NCBI GenBank assembly: GCA_031287685.1 | Contig: JAITSQ010000028.1 | Span: forward strand, 609-64,608 | Origin: Clostridiales bacterium | Lineage (GTDB): Bacteria; Bacillota; Clostridia; Lachnospirales; WQUN01 | Length of the DNA: 64,000 bases | Direction of reading: 5' to 3' | Shown here: positions 63,077 to 64,000 of the stretch, one piece after another | How the letters are laid out: each line of letters starts with the position of its first letter | How positions within the stretch are numbered: the stretch's first letter is position 1 | Notes under the pieces: model-generated | What the model saw: only the letters and a program-made list of their open reading frames with translations | Databases searched by the model: none | Told to the model about the DNA's origin: nothing | Translations under genes and position numbers: made by a program

Positions 63077-64000
63077 TTAGATAACTCCGCTTTCGTTAAG
63101 GCGTTTATAGGTCTTAAGCCGTCTTTCGGCGTTGGCTTTCGCCGAGTCAAACAGCCCGTCCGCCACGTCCGGGAAGGCCCGCTTGAGAGACGAGTATCGC
63201 ACTTCGGAGCCGATAAACTCCTTGAAATCCGCCGTCGGCTCCTTCGAGTCGAGCACGAAGGGATTCTTGCCTTCGTCCTCCAGAATCGGGTTGTAGCGGA
63301 AAAGGTGCCAGTAACCCGCCTCAACGGCCTTTTTAGTCTCAAGCTGAGTGCAACCCATACCAACGGTCAGCCCGTGATTGATACACGGAGCATAAGCTAT
63401 AATGAGCGACGGACCCGGGTATTTCTCCGCCTCGACAAGAGCCTTTATGAGCTGAGACTGATTCGCGCCCATCGCCACCTGCGCCACGTACACGTACCCA
63501 TAGCTTATGGCAATCATACCAAGGTCTTTTTTGCGCACGCGTTTGCCGGCCGCCGCGAATTTGGCTATCGCGCCGACTGGCGTGGATTTGCTGGCCTGGC
63601 CGCCCGTGTTTGAATACACCTCCGTGTCGAACACGAGCACGTTTACGTCCTCTCCGGAAGCGAGCACATGGTCAAGCCCGCCGAAGCCTATGTCGTAGGC
63701 CCAGCCATCGCCGCCCAGAATCCATTGTGACTTTTTAACAAGGAAATCATCGTTTTCCAAGATATATTTAGCTATTTCGCCTTCTTCGCCGGAAGCCTGA
63801 ACGCTCTTAAGCGCCGCCGCGAATTTGGCCGAAGCCTCCTTGGAAGCCTCCCCGTCCGCGAAAGCGTCCGCCCAAGCGGCGGCGGCGTCCTTAACCTCGC
63901 CGTTTCCGCTGATTTCGGCAAGGCGGGCGGCTTTCGCCTTTATGCCCTCGCGGATATGCTTAACGGCGGTATACATACCCAGCCCGAATTCCGCGTTGTC
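63077..64000 (-). CDS. nifJ: Pyruvate:ferredoxin (flavodoxin) oxidoreductase, C-terminal TPP domain (5' part outside window)
   Basis: GGDGWAYDIGFGGLDHVLASGEDVNVLVFDTEVYSNTGGQ; the frame is open to the window edge. Confidence 0.9.
   Translation of the reverse strand, partial: DNAEFGLGMYTAVKHIREGIKAKAARLAEISGNGEVKDAAAAWADAFADGEASKEASAKFAAALKSVQASGEEGEIAKYILENDDFLVKKSQWILGGDGWAYDIGFGGLDHVLASGEDVNVLVFDTEVYSNTGGQASKSTPVGAIAKFAAAGKRVRKKDLGMIAISYGYVYVAQVAMGANQSQLIKALVEAEKYPGPSLIIAYAPCINHGLTVGMGCTQLETKKAVEAGYWHLFRYNPILEDEGKNPFVLDSKEPTADFKEFIGSEVRYSSLKRAFPDVADGLFDSAKANAERRLKTYKRLNESGVI

Overview
About 64 kb of a GC-rich, Firmicutes/Clostridia-type chromosome. The taxon is inferred only from gene order and domains: mbl-flhO-flhP, dnaX-ybaB-recR, rpsF-ssb-rpsR, dnaG-sigA, rpoB-rpoC, prmA-rsmE and SLH domains. 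Most of the window is housekeeping: tkt, rqcH, pyrG, efp, thrS, typA, ftsY, hisS, a PFOR fragment, a CUT2-type sugar ABC operon and flagellar rod genes. No tRNA, rRNA or CRISPR array was recognised. Three things stand out. (1) There is a dense set of short hairpin-forming interspersed repeats, called families A, B, C and D here, plus a ~47-nt hairpin module H. Together they give 11 element copies and no transposase in the window. They include a filled-site/empty-site pair: a TA-flanked B element sits inside one C copy, while the other C copy is uninterrupted. H modules lie at the apex of the A2 (via a nested hairpin), B1 and B2 elements. (2) A cobalamin-riboswitch-gated, monocistronic gene encodes a ~999-aa secreted protein with transcobalamin-like domains (alpha/alpha toroid plus DUF4430) and three SLH motifs. 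It is a candidate wall-anchored corrinoid capture protein. (3) An isolated two-gene cassette pairs a PP-loop (PAPS-reductase/DndC-like) protein with a ParB/DndB-like protein (IbrA/IbrB type). It looks like an accessory insertion. Smaller oddities: dnaG has no canonical start codon after an upstream repeat, RpoB and RpoC both carry acidic tails, a GGGtGRT/NifU-like pair is present, a GH18-like protein has a degenerate catalytic motif, an HPr-like protein lacks the His motif, and two decayed lower-GC patches occur. All functional calls come from motif recognition by eye; no database search was run.
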